Positions 20,889 to 30,531 of a stretch of DNA of 64,000 nucleotides are shown one piece after another. This DNA comes from a virus, in IMG/VR virus record IMGVR_UViG_3300043425_001673, positions 30,772 to 94,771 of that record. One strand, 5' to 3'. A program made the translations under genes and the position numbers. The notes under the pieces were generated by a model. The model was not told where the DNA came from. It did no database searches and worked only from the letters and a program-made list of their open reading frames with translations. The first letter of the stretch is position 1. Each line of letters opens with the position of its first letter.

Positions 20889-21435
20889 GCAGCGTTTAAA
20901 GCAGGTAAACCCGCCGACTTTCAATTTTAAGGAAAGTGATCTTCTCGTTTTGCAGCAAACTGTCAAGCAGCTTGTTTCTGCAAACAACAATCATCATGAT
21001 ATAATCAAGGAAGTTGAGACATCGCTTAAGGAAAAAGTGATCCAGTCTCATATCATGTGTCAGGTGATTCTCAAAATTCTTGTCGATAAAGGTCTGACGA
21101 CAGTCGAGGAAGTTGATGATCTTACCCGGCAGGCTCAGACCAAGGATTCCGGGTATGTGAAAAAGAAAGGTCCAGCGAAAAGCGGGGACCTTCTTTTAAT
21201 TTCATTCATGCTCTATGATTCGGCAGGTGAACTGGTTGAGGATCGCTCAAAAGAGGTTCTTGCATACAATCTGGGCAGTGGAGGACTTCCATGTGATGCT
21301 CAGCTTGAGGGTATTGTTGAACGTGAAACAAGGCATTTGACGGTGGTGTTTGGTGAAAACTTTACCCACAAACATCTAATTGGTCATGAGTTGATGCTGC
21401 ATCTTACTTGTCATGATGTGCAGGTCAAAGCTTGA
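20809..21435 (+). CDS. Protein with C-terminal trigger-factor-like FKBP domain
   Basis: AKSGDLLLISF...LGSG...QLEG...VVFGENF.HKHLIG follows the pattern of the trigger factor PPIase domain. Confidence 0.6.
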   Translation: MIMVSTHKLKKKAEREKEKQKLMRMSEQRLKQVNPPTFNFKESDLLVLQQTVKQLVSANNNHHDIIKEVETSLKEKVIQSHIMCQVILKILVDKGLTTVEEVDDLTRQAQTKDSGYVKKKGPAKSGDLLLISFMLYDSAGELVEDRSKEVLAYNLGSGGLPCDAQLEGIVERETRHLTVVFGENFTHKHLIGHELMLHLTCHDVQVKA

Positions 21436-21466
21436 CTTTTCCCACTCCAAAAAGGGGAAAAGCCGA

Positions 21467-22027
21467 ATGGGATTGAATGAATGTGCTTTTTTACTGATGT
21501 CGTGCATAAGCCTTGTGAAGCCCTTGAAAAAGGACCTTTCACATCTGGATAACCAGGAAATCAAAAGGTATAACCTCGCTATCAATGAAGCAGCACTGCG
21601 TTACAACATAAGTCCTTATCTTTTGCTGGCCATTTTCAAGGTTGAATCCAACTTTGGACGCAACATGGTTTCGCAGACCAATGATCACGGACCTATGCAA
21701 ATCAATACGTGGTGGTTCAGGCGTCTTGGAATCAGCAAGAAAACGGTCCGCAGTCCAGAGGGAGCGATGGTGGTCGCAGCCAAGATTTTGGATTATGCGC
21801 GTGAAGACCAGGGAAAAAACCGCAGGTGCTGGTGGTCGGCATACCATAGTGTGACGCCTGAGTATCGAAGGATATATGAAGCCAGCATTTTAAAAGCTTT
21901 GCGAGATATGGGATTTCGTGCAAACTGTAGCTCAGAGTTTTTAAACAGTTATTTGTCTGCTCTTGAGGTTACTGCTCAGCTTCGCGTTGACGCAGGCGCA
22001 ATTTTGGCATCACATAATCCCGAGTGA
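21467..22027 (+). CDS. Lytic transglycosylase (SLT domain)
   Basis: AIFKVESNF (catalytic Glu), GPMQIN and AYHS. Confidence 0.9.
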   Translation: MGLNECAFLLMSCISLVKPLKKDLSHLDNQEIKRYNLAINEAALRYNISPYLLLAIFKVESNFGRNMVSQTNDHGPMQINTWWFRRLGISKKTVRSPEGAMVVAAKILDYAREDQGKNRRCWWSAYHSVTPEYRRIYEASILKALRDMGFRANCSSEFLNSYLSALEVTAQLRVDAGAILASHNPE

Positions 22028-22040
22028 ATTTGAGTTCAGT
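22023..22040. promoter_or_regulatory. 18-bp palindromic site, copy 2 (AGTGAATTTGAGTTCAGT)
   Basis: Contains the SLT stop codon and ends 3 nt before ATG 22044. Confidence 0.75.
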
Positions 22041-22043
22041 CAC

Positions 22044-24335
22044 ATGCGTATTTTGTTTTATGCTAAGAGTCCTGATGCGACAGAGGTTTATAGGGTTCAG
22101 ATTCCAGGCAAGTATCTTGCGAGAAAGCCTGGGATCGAAGTCCGCATGACTTACGCTGAAAAGCATCCCAAGTTTCCTGATTCCGGTGTGAAAAATCATG
22201 ACATTCAGTGGGCTGATGCGATCATCTTTCAAAGGCCAGCGACTGAACTTGTTCTGAACGTTCTGAAAATCATCAAAAATAACCATCCTGACAAAATCAT
22301 CCTGCTCGACTACGACGACGACTATTACAGCGTTCCAACCTGGAATCCTGGATATACCTTCATTCGAGTCAATGAGAAGTTCTGGCCACAGTTTCCGGCT
22401 CTCGTCGATGGAGTTATCACATCGACCGAGCCTTTGGCTGATGTCTTCAGACAAAAAACGGACAAGCCGATAACGGTGATTCCGAACGGATTCGATTTTG
22501 AGGAATTTGATCAGATAGAGTCAGCGCCGGATCTTTTCATTGAAAACCCTGGCTACGACAAGAAGGCAAACAAGTCCTATCGAAACTACAGTCTGAACCT
22601 CAATGAGTTTCGAGCGGTCCAGGAAGGCAGGCATCTGATCACCTGGGCTGGTTCAAGATTTCACTTCATGGATCTTGAATACATTGCAGAGGACGTGAAA
22701 AAGATCATCAAGGAACGCAGTGATGTGAACTTCATGTTTGTCAGTTATTTGCAGGCGAACGTGCTGAAGGATGCACCACCAAACAGAATTTACAGCACAG
22801 CCGGAATGAGTCCTGTGTCAAGATTCTATGGCCTTTTGAAGGCGCTTGATTCGGACATCATGCTGGCACCGCTTGATCCTTGTCAGTTTAACCGGAGTAA
22901 GTGTGTTGTTGGGGGAACCAGAGTAGTCACAAGAAATGGCATATTTGAAATTAAAGATTTGGTTCCCCATAGAATTAACGATGCCATTACACCTATTGAA
23001 ACATCAGTATGGGTTGATCAGGATCAAAATTGGAAAGCTGCTAAGGCTTCTTATTTTGCTCTGAATCAAGCAACAATTAAACTTCAGACATCATTTGGAT
23101 ATGAGATAGAAGGTACTGAAGATCATCGCATTCAAAATAAGGACGGTGACTGGGTAAAGCTTTCTGATTTTCGACTAGGTGATGAGATTAAATTATCGCC
23201 ATTTGAATTTCCTGAAGTTCCTTATCAAATGACGCAATGGCCATTTATGACGAGCAGGGTTGAATTGAATTTCCCTGATTTTGAGGCATTGAATTGCGCC
23301 AAGTTGATTATAAACGAAGATTGGGGACGGCTATTAGGTTATATTCTTGGTGATGGTTATATGAATGGAGTCAATCGTGTTCAGATAAGTTGTACGAGTG
23401 ATCATACTGATGTGATTGAAGATGTAGAGAGACTTTTTCATTCAATTGGTTTGCGATCATTTAGATCACAAAAAAAGCCGAAAAAAACAGCCAAAGGCGT
23501 GGATATAGTGGTAACAAGCACTCATCTTATGCGATGGCTCAAACATCATAATTTGATAGGTCCAAAAGGGAAGGTTTTTAGAATTCCAGAATTTATAATG
23601 AAAAGTCCAAAGTCGGTTATCTGTGAGTTTTTGAGGGGATTGTTTGAGTCTGATGGTTATACTGTTGAGCATGATCAGTGTCTTGTTGGTCTGACAAGTA
23701 AAAGTAGAGAACTTTTACAGGATGTGCAATTTTTGTTATTAGGCTTTGGTATCAAATCAAAGATTGTATCCAAGAAGATTAAACTTCAACAATGGTTAGA
23801 GCCAAGGCATTATTGGGAGTTACAACTTCGGTCTAAATCATCTCGAATTTTCCATGAGAAAATAAATTTTATTTCCTGTAAAAAGCGTGAAAAATTAGCT
23901 GTTCGGACTAAGTCAAAGCCAAGCAACAGAACTGATGATTGGGATTGGTCTGACAGTGTTGTATCCATACAAAAATCAGTGGCAGATGTTTTTGACATCA
24001 CTGTTCCTGGTCCTAATTATTATCTTGCAAATGGTTTTGTGAGCCATAACAGCAATTTAAAAATTTTGGAAATGATGGCACTTAAGGCTTTCCCGGTTTG
24101 CAGCCGTTGGGATGCCTATGAGGATGATCTTGATCCAGAACTGAACGACGACACTACGCATGGACTTTTGGTCGGCTATGAGCGTGGTGATTGGTATCGC
24201 GCAATGAATGAAGCCTTGGAGCGATCCAGGGACAAATCCTTCAAGGCAGTCAATGACGCTTATGTGAGAGCAACGCACGATGCGAGTCTGCGTTCAGATT
24301 TATACATCTCATTCATCGAAAGTTTGAAAAAATGA
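22044..24335 (+). CDS. GT-B glycosyltransferase (GT4-like) interrupted by an intein
   Basis: YRV..P, IFQR, DYDDD, VIPNG, WAGS..H..DL and APL...FNRSK|SNLKILE after removal of the intein. Confidence 0.85.
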   Translation: MRILFYAKSPDATEVYRVQIPGKYLARKPGIEVRMTYAEKHPKFPDSGVKNHDIQWADAIIFQRPATELVLNVLKIIKNNHPDKIILLDYDDDYYSVPTWNPGYTFIRVNEKFWPQFPALVDGVITSTEPLADVFRQKTDKPITVIPNGFDFEEFDQIESAPDLFIENPGYDKKANKSYRNYSLNLNEFRAVQEGRHLITWAGSRFHFMDLEYIAEDVKKIIKERSDVNFMFVSYLQANVLKDAPPNRIYSTAGMSPVSRFYGLLKALDSDIMLAPLDPCQFNRSKCVVGGTRVVTRNGIFEIKDLVPHRINDAITPIETSVWVDQDQNWKAAKASYFALNQATIKLQTSFGYEIEGTEDHRIQNKDGDWVKLSDFRLGDEIKLSPFEFPEVPYQMTQWPFMTSRVELNFPDFEALNCAKLIINEDWGRLLGYILGDGYMNGVNRVQISCTSDHTDVIEDVERLFHSIGLRSFRSQKKPKKTAKGVDIVVTSTHLMRWLKHHNLIGPKGKVFRIPEFIMKSPKSVICEFLRGLFESDGYTVEHDQCLVGLTSKSRELLQDVQFLLLGFGIKSKIVSKKIKLQQWLEPRHYWELQLRSKSSRIFHEKINFISCKKREKLAVRTKSKPSNRTDDWDWSDSVVSIQKSVADVFDITVPGPNYYLANGFVSHNSNLKILEMMALKAFPVCSRWDAYEDDLDPELNDDTTHGLLVGYERGDWYRAMNEALERSRDKSFKAVNDAYVRATHDASLRSDLYISFIESLKK
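22902..24050 (+). mobile_element. Intein (383 aa) with LAGLIDADG homing endonuclease
   Basis: Starts CVVGGTRV; block B GTEDHRI; LLGYILGDG and FLRGLFESDG; ends ANGFVSHN followed by Ser. Confidence 0.95.
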
Positions 24336-26632
24336 AATACTCGCTCATTATTCCGACTGTAAAGCAGACAGAACTTGTGCGGTCCTGTATCGAGAAGATT
24401 AAAAAATTTGAAGTGAAGGACACCTATGAAATCATAGTTGTCGATGATGGTAGTGATTACAACACTCAGATTTGGCTGCGTGGTTATTGTCAAAAGCATG
24501 AAGTGAAATTCATTGCAAAAGAGGATAACCGTGGTTTTGCGCACACGGTCAACACCGGGCTGCGTGAGGCCAAGGGTGAGTATCTGATTCTGGTCAATAA
24601 CGACATCGAATGGCTGAAGCCGATTCTTTGGAAGTTTGATCAGATATTCCAGGCCAATTCCGCTATCGGTGTCATTGGTGCGAAGCTGATGTTTCCCCCT
24701 GGTGAAATCGTTCAGCATGCCGGGGTTTGTCGTGTTGGCAAGACCGCACATTTCGTTCATATCAACAAGCAAAGTCCGCGCAATCATCCAAGTGTCAATG
24801 TCAGTCGATACTTTGAAAGCGTGACTGGTGCGCTCTACGGCATCAGGCGTGAGGCTTTTGAGAAAATCGGTTACTGGAACGAGAACTATTTTTTAAGCTG
24901 CGAGGATACGGAATACTCCCTGAGAGCATGGCAGGCTGGTTATCGGGTGTTCTATTCCCATGAGATTGAAGCCATTCATCATGAGGGATACACCAGGGGT
25001 AATACCGATCACACCAAAAAGGTGAAAGGTCTTGTCTGGTTTCAAAAGGAGCGTGAAACGCTTCCAAAGTTTTATGAGGATGTGAAGCGCTATAACCTGG
25101 ACGCGATTTCCTCAACCGTTCATAGGCTGAACTCCGACACCAAAGCTGCAGCTGAAAATGTTCCGATTCAGCAGCCGCCACGAAAACCCAAAAAGCTGGA
25201 AGTCGGCTGTGGCAATTTCCCGCAGCCCGGTTACATTCATCTTGATGTGCGGAAATTTGATCACATTGATGTTGTCTGTGACTTTTCCAAGGAAAAGCTG
25301 CCGTTCCCTGATAATGACCTGGATGAAATTCTATCGAATCATTCCATCGAGCATATCAGCTGGCGACTGCTTCCCCATGTTATCGGTGAATGGTTCAGAA
25401 CGCTGCGTCCAGGCGGTCGCGTATTTTTCAGAACGCCGGATCTTGAGTTCATTTGCCGAACCTATCTTCAAAGCAAGACCACGCCAGAGCATCCCAACGA
25501 TGAAGGCTGGGTGAGGGACCATTACGGTGCGGTGAGTCCTGCATGGTGGGCCAACATCAAGCTGTTTGCTGGTCAGGACTATCCCAGCAATTTTCATTTC
25601 CTGGCTTTTGATTTTGAAATGGCCAAGCTGGTTTTGGAAAAGCATGGCTTTGTGCGGGTGAAAAGACTTCAGATTGAGCCTGTCTTTAGTCCTGGGGAAC
25701 TTCAGATTGAAGCCTATAAGCCTGACGGCTCTCTCGCTGTTCCTGAAATCAGCATCAATCGCATTCTGGTCAAAAGACGTGCTGCCATGGGTGATGTCGT
25801 TCTCACAACTCCGATCGTAAGACGCCTAAGGGAAATTCACGGACCTGATGCGATCATAGATGTGGCAAGCGACTGTGGCTCAGTCTATGTCGGCAATCCT
25901 TATGTCAATGGGGTTTACGGCAACAATCATTCGCCGAATGGATACAGTCAGGTGATCGACCTGAACTTTGCCTACGAGAAAAAACCTGAGCAGCATGTCA
26001 TAGAGAGTTATACGGAAGTCGCATTTCCGAATGGAGTCGATGGAACCTATGACAAACGTACTGAGATTTTTCCGACCGACCAGGACAGGGATATCATCCT
26101 TGAAAAGCTGAAGGCGAACGGACTTAATCCTGAACGCTGCATTGTGATGCATCCTGCTGTGAGTTGGAAAAATCGAACATGGCCAAAGGATCGCTGGCAG
26201 AAGACCGCTGAACTTCTGGCCAAGGAGGATTACAAGATCATAGTCCTTGGAGCCGGTGCTGATCATAAATGGCAGGCACCAGGAGTCTTTGATTTAAGCG
26301 GTAAACTGACGATACAGCAGATTGCATATCTGATCGGCATGTCGGCTTGTTTCGTGGGGAGCGATTCAGGTCTGCTTCATGTTGCGGGCACAACCAAAAC
26401 GCCAATCGTCGGGATTTTCACCAGCGCAAAAGGTGAATGGCGGGTTCCTTTCAGAAATGGCGAATATGGGGGGGATTGCAGCATAGTCAAACCCTCCATT
26501 GAGTGCTATGGTTGTCTCGCAAAAGAGAACCGGCCAGCGGTCTTCTGTGATTGCAGGCGCGGTGATTACGCTTGTTTGGCTCAGATTACTCCCGAGATGG
26601 TTGTGAAAGCCGTTAAGGAGTTTTTGGTATGA
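24332..26632 (+). CDS. Three-domain GT2 + SAM methyltransferase + GT9 (heptosyltransferase-like) protein
   Basis: GT2: IIVVDDGS, NRGFA, LVNND, EDTEY. MTase: LEVGCG, HLDV, LRPGG. GT9: AMGDVVLTTP, W, DSGLLHVA. Confidence 0.9.
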   Translation: MKYSLIIPTVKQTELVRSCIEKIKKFEVKDTYEIIVVDDGSDYNTQIWLRGYCQKHEVKFIAKEDNRGFAHTVNTGLREAKGEYLILVNNDIEWLKPILWKFDQIFQANSAIGVIGAKLMFPPGEIVQHAGVCRVGKTAHFVHINKQSPRNHPSVNVSRYFESVTGALYGIRREAFEKIGYWNENYFLSCEDTEYSLRAWQAGYRVFYSHEIEAIHHEGYTRGNTDHTKKVKGLVWFQKERETLPKFYEDVKRYNLDAISSTVHRLNSDTKAAAENVPIQQPPRKPKKLEVGCGNFPQPGYIHLDVRKFDHIDVVCDFSKEKLPFPDNDLDEILSNHSIEHISWRLLPHVIGEWFRTLRPGGRVFFRTPDLEFICRTYLQSKTTPEHPNDEGWVRDHYGAVSPAWWANIKLFAGQDYPSNFHFLAFDFEMAKLVLEKHGFVRVKRLQIEPVFSPGELQIEAYKPDGSLAVPEISINRILVKRRAAMGDVVLTTPIVRRLREIHGPDAIIDVASDCGSVYVGNPYVNGVYGNNHSPNGYSQVIDLNFAYEKKPEQHVIESYTEVAFPNGVDGTYDKRTEIFPTDQDRDIILEKLKANGLNPERCIVMHPAVSWKNRTWPKDRWQKTAELLAKEDYKIIVLGAGADHKWQAPGVFDLSGKLTIQQIAYLIGMSACFVGSDSGLLHVAGTTKTPIVGIFTSAKGEWRVPFRNGEYGGDCSIVKPSIECYGCLAKENRPAVFCDCRRGDYACLAQITPEMVVKAVKEFLV

Positions 26633-26831
26633 TGAACACTGAAGCGATGTATTATTTGCTTCTGGTTTTGGTTTTTTTTATAGGATTTATTCTTGGTGCG
26701 ATTGTGGTGCTTTGGAATTTTGCAAAGGACAAAAGCATTGCCCGTATTGGTGAAGATGATGTCATTGTAAAAAAATCAGAGTTGGAGCATTTTAAAAGAC
26801 GTTACGTTGAACATGATTGAAAGGATTTGTA

Positions 26832-27800
26832 ATGTTTATCACTGGTTATGATAGTTTGCAGACTCAGGTTGATCGAAAACAAAAAGAATATGAAAGACGA
26901 AACAAGCCTTTTCGTTTCTATTTGCAAAGGCCGGGTGATCAGGCCGAAGTCACCTTTCTTGATGAACCGAAGCAGGCTGTTCATGAGCATAAGGTTTTCC
27001 AGGTGGGACAGCCTATGCAGATTTTCACCTGTCCCAAGTTGAATTTCAATCAGCCCTGTCCCTTTTGTGCTGCAGGGCTTCTGACAAGCTTTTCATTTTT
27101 CTTCACCGTGATTGATCATCGTCCCTATGAGGGCAAGGATCAGAAACGTCTTTTGATTGCCAATGAGGATTTGACGAAAAGCCTCATGATGATCAGTCAG
27201 CAGAACGGTGGACTTTTGAACAAGCGTCTTTTGATTATGCGTGGCCAGCAGCAAAAATCCAGCACATCTGGAAACAGCGCTCAGCTTGCCATGCGTGACA
27301 TGAGGCCGCTTCAAACGGATTTCCAGATGTATCTGCGTCAACCGTATCCGCAGGATTTCCTGAAGCCATTTGACTATGTAAAAGTTTTTGATGTTGAAGA
27401 TTTTGAGACGCTGGATTACTGGGCTAAGATTGGTGTTCAGGCGCGTGATGCAGCGAAAAAGCAAAAGCGCGGACAAATACACGGACAAGGACAATCGTCC
27501 TATCAAGGTCAGGGCGGTTATTCGCAGCCGAGTTATCCTGTCCACAACGGACAGCCTTCAGGCCAGGGATTTGTTGTCCAGCCGAATGCTCATCAACCGC
27601 CGCCACAGATACAGCCTCAATATCCTCCACAGGGATATCAGCAGCCGCCTCAACAGCCGTACTATCCACCGCAGCAGCAGCCGGTTCAGCCGCCTTATCC
27701 CCAATATGCTCAATCACCTGCTTTTGCCCAAGGTCCGGTTACTGGCGTTCCGCTTCACGGTCAACAGAATGAAGAAAATTTGCCTGACATTCCATTCTAG
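26832..27800 (+). CDS. Phage single-stranded DNA-binding protein (gp32-like) with Q/P-rich tail
   Basis: H...CP...CPFC zinc motif, TVIDHR, long Q/P/G/Y tail and terminal LPDIPF. Confidence 0.7.
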   Translation: MFITGYDSLQTQVDRKQKEYERRNKPFRFYLQRPGDQAEVTFLDEPKQAVHEHKVFQVGQPMQIFTCPKLNFNQPCPFCAAGLLTSFSFFFTVIDHRPYEGKDQKRLLIANEDLTKSLMMISQQNGGLLNKRLLIMRGQQQKSSTSGNSAQLAMRDMRPLQTDFQMYLRQPYPQDFLKPFDYVKVFDVEDFETLDYWAKIGVQARDAAKKQKRGQIHGQGQSSYQGQGGYSQPSYPVHNGQPSGQGFVVQPNAHQPPPQIQPQYPPQGYQQPPQQPYYPPQQQPVQPPYPQYAQSPAFAQGPVTGVPLHGQQNEENLPDIPF

Positions 27801-27831
27801 GCAAGTGGTTTACGAGTTATTATAATTTGGT

Positions 27832-27871
27832 GTGTTGCCCGGCTCGGGCAACACCTTCCTTCCATTTTTTT
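27832..27871 (+). terminator. 10-bp-stem hairpin (ssb terminator or IS left-end hairpin)
   Basis: GTGTTGCCCG-GCT-CGGGCAACAC followed by a pyrimidine/T run. Confidence 0.55.
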
Positions 27872-27888
27872 AGTTATGATTAAATCTT

Positions 27889-28935
27889 GTGGCAATAAAG
27901 ACGATCAAAATTCGCATCAAAGATTCAACGAGCGCTAGACACCTAAAAAAAATGGCGAATTCGGTGAATTGTGTATGGAATTTTTGTAATGAAACGTCGC
28001 TTTATGCAATTCGCTATAACAATGAATGGCTATCTGGTTTTGATCTTCAAAAGCTAACAAAAGGAGTTAGCAAAGACCTTGGCATCAATTCCACTACAGT
28101 CCAGGAAGTCTGTTCAGAATATGCCTTACGCAGAAAGATTGCAAAAAAGCGAAAGCTGCGTTGGCGTGGTCAAAAATCTCTTGGATGGATTCCATTTAAG
28201 AATACCGGCATATCATTTAAATATGGGAACGTTTACTATGCAGGGCATGAACTAAAGTTGTTTCAGCCTGAACGTTTGCCTTTGAATGGTGAGTATGGAT
28301 CAGGCGAATTCTGTGAGGATTCGCGTGGCCGTTGGTATCTTTGTATCTCAATCCAATATGAAGTCAAAACACCAGAAGTTTATGCTGCAGTTGGTATAGA
28401 CCTTGGCTTTAAATCAACAGCTACACTTTCAAATGGTCAAAAAGTCTCTAATGGTCGCTACTATCGCATGATGGAGCGAAAGTTGGTTAAGGCTCAGCAG
28501 GGCAATAAAAAGCGTCAAGTCAAAGGCATTCACGCCAAGATCAAAAACAAGCGAATGGATGATTTGCATAAGGCGTCAACCAAGATTGTTGAAGAGAACA
28601 AGGTCATAGTTGTAGGTGATCTGCCAGCAAAAAATCTAGCAAAAACGAAAATGGCAAAATCGGTCAATGATGCTGCTACGACTATGTTTAAAACAATGCT
28701 GAAATATAAAGCGAGTGCGCATCAGCGTTGGTATGTGGAAGTCAATGAGGCTAACACAACGAGAACCTGTTCTGTCTGTCTAGCAATACCAGACAGCGCT
28801 CCGAAAGGAATGAAGGGACTCTCGATAAGAGAATGGGTGTGCTGCGATTGTGGAACTATTCATGATAGAGACATCAATGCAGCACTGAACATTCTCCGTA
28901 TCGGGTGCGATACGCTAGCGTCTGAAGTGCGCTAG
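27889..28935 (+). CDS. tnpB: IS200/IS605-family RNA-guided endonuclease TnpB
   Basis: VWNF N-terminus, GRWY, VGIDLG, LHKAST, CSVC...CCDCG zinc ribbon and HDRDINAALNI. Confidence 0.95.
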   Translation: MAIKTIKIRIKDSTSARHLKKMANSVNCVWNFCNETSLYAIRYNNEWLSGFDLQKLTKGVSKDLGINSTTVQEVCSEYALRRKIAKKRKLRWRGQKSLGWIPFKNTGISFKYGNVYYAGHELKLFQPERLPLNGEYGSGEFCEDSRGRWYLCISIQYEVKTPEVYAAVGIDLGFKSTATLSNGQKVSNGRYYRMMERKLVKAQQGNKKRQVKGIHAKIKNKRMDDLHKASTKIVEENKVIVVGDLPAKNLAKTKMAKSVNDAATTMFKTMLKYKASAHQRWYVEVNEANTTRTCSVCLAIPDSAPKGMKGLSIREWVCCDCGTIHDRDINAALNILRIGCDTLASEVR

Positions 28936-28969
28936 GAATCTCCTGGCTTGAGCCATGGGAGGGCATCAA
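28935..28969 (+). mobile_element. IS200/IS605 right end (3' part of the omegaRNA scaffold)
   Basis: GGAATCTCCTGGCTTGAGCCATGGGAGGGCATCAA: subterminal hairpin ending in TCAA. No tnpA in the window. Confidence 0.8.
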
Positions 28970-29028
28970 GAGTTTTTTTCTTGAGATTATTGTCCCTAAA
29001 AAGGCAATTTGATTATGGATGAACAGCA

Positions 29029-30531
29029 ATGATGAAGCCGAAGGTCAAGAAAAAAGTTGTAATCAGTAACATGGCATGGATCGACAAATCCACGATAAGT
29101 CCTGTCGAGATTTTTCAGTTCAAAAAAATCCTCAGCATCATTCCAAAAGTCATGAGTGACGAAGGTTCCCAGTCGATAGAGATGTTTCGTGAGACTCCTG
29201 AATGGTTTGGAATTCCCAGAAATTACTTCAGGCAGTTCGTTGAATCGAGCGGCTACAACATCAGCTATGACATTTGCCTTGGACGGAGTATTCCACCGCC
29301 AAAGGAAAGTCGAATCGAACTCAGAAAAGAGGATCAGGAGCCTTTTGTAAGGCAAATGCTTGCTTCGCTGACGTGCGGTAACTGGGGTTGTGGTATCGGT
29401 GAGGCATACACTGGTTTTGGAAAAAGTGTCATTGGCGTGAAAATCGCTCAGGAACTTGGCGTCAATGCCTTGATACTTGTTCATAACGAAGAGATACGCG
29501 ATGTCTGGATCAATGCGTTGAAAAAATTTTACCCGGAAGCCAGCGTTGGGATCATTCAGGGTGATGAATGCGATTATCAAAAGGACTTCGTCGTTGGTAT
29601 GTGTCAGTCGCTGATGAATGATAATGGCAAATACCCGAAGGAAATTTATCGGACATTCGGTCTTGTGTTCGTGGATGAAGTGCATCGCTTTGGTTCCAGA
29701 GCATTTGGGAGTGTTGCGCCGAAATTTAACAGCCGATATGTGTTTGGCCTGAGTGGAACTGTCAGGCGACAGGACAACTGTGAGGATGTTTTTCATTGGA
29801 CGATTGGCAACATTGTTGCCTGGGCTGAGCCTTTGAATCGAGTGATGCCTATTGTATGGTTCAGAAAAACAGATGTTGAGATTCCGGTGAAGTATGAGAG
29901 CTATACCGATCTACTGGGACAGAAACGAACAAGACAGGTTGTGGATAATAGCGTTCGGTGGACAAGGCCGCATCTTTTGAGGTTTCTCGGCAAGAGTAAA
30001 AAGCGTCACAGACAGATTGCAAGGGATGTTGTGGCGACTCTTAAGAAGAACAGAAATCCACTTTTGGTCAGTGAGAGGAAGGAACCGCTCTATGAAATTT
30101 CCGAGGAAATAAAAAGAATCATCGAGTCGGATGATTTTTTCAAGGACAAGGAAATCACTCATGGTTTTTATTTTGGTGGAACCGATGATAAGGAATCATC
30201 AAGAGCAAGGCTTGATGCTGCTGCCCGATGTTCAATAGTGTATGCAACACTTCAAAAGGCGAAAGAAGGTGTGGATATCGTAAGACTTGATACACTTTTT
30301 CTTGTCACTCCGAACACGGATACCGAACAGGTTTGCGGAAGGGTTTGCAGACCAATCGTGAAAAAAGTTGACGGTCAAATGGTGAATCAGGCCAGAATGC
30401 AGCCTATCGTCTTTGATTACGTTGACACTGTTTTTTCAGCCTGTAAAAGTTCATTTCATCATCGTCTTGAACTTTATGGAAGGCTTGGCTGGAAAATACT
30501 TGATCTTCATAAAATTGATTTCGGAGATTGA
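29029..30531 (+). CDS. SF2 DExH helicase (UvsW/Rad25-like)
   Basis: TGFGKS, DEVH, LSGT, EGVDI and QVCGRVCR. Confidence 0.92.
   Translation: MMKPKVKKKVVISNMAWIDKSTISPVEIFQFKKILSIIPKVMSDEGSQSIEMFRETPEWFGIPRNYFRQFVESSGYNISYDICLGRSIPPPKESRIELRKEDQEPFVRQMLASLTCGNWGCGIGEAYTGFGKSVIGVKIAQELGVNALILVHNEEIRDVWINALKKFYPEASVGIIQGDECDYQKDFVVGMCQSLMNDNGKYPKEIYRTFGLVFVDEVHRFGSRAFGSVAPKFNSRYVFGLSGTVRRQDNCEDVFHWTIGNIVAWAEPLNRVMPIVWFRKTDVEIPVKYESYTDLLGQKRTRQVVDNSVRWTRPHLLRFLGKSKKRHRQIARDVVATLKKNRNPLLVSERKEPLYEISEEIKRIIESDDFFKDKEITHGFYFGGTDDKESSRARLDAAARCSIVYATLQKAKEGVDIVRLDTLFLVTPNTDTEQVCGRVCRPIVKKVDGQMVNQARMQPIVFDYVDTVFSACKSSFHHRLELYGRLGWKILDLHKIDFGD

Noticed and set aside
21963-22043. ORF-track upstream starts for the GT (21963), portal (61147) and rmlC (39704)
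   Set aside because: They overlap upstream genes or the palindrome; downstream ATGs at 22044, 61183 and 39830 fit the domain starts better.
28996-29796. 266-aa antisense ORF over the SF2 helicase (similarly 12765..13511, 36410..37135, 40601..41347)
   Set aside because: Shadow frames of real genes with no recognisable motifs. They show that length alone is not evidence; the antisense HNH is accepted because of its domain motifs and RBS.
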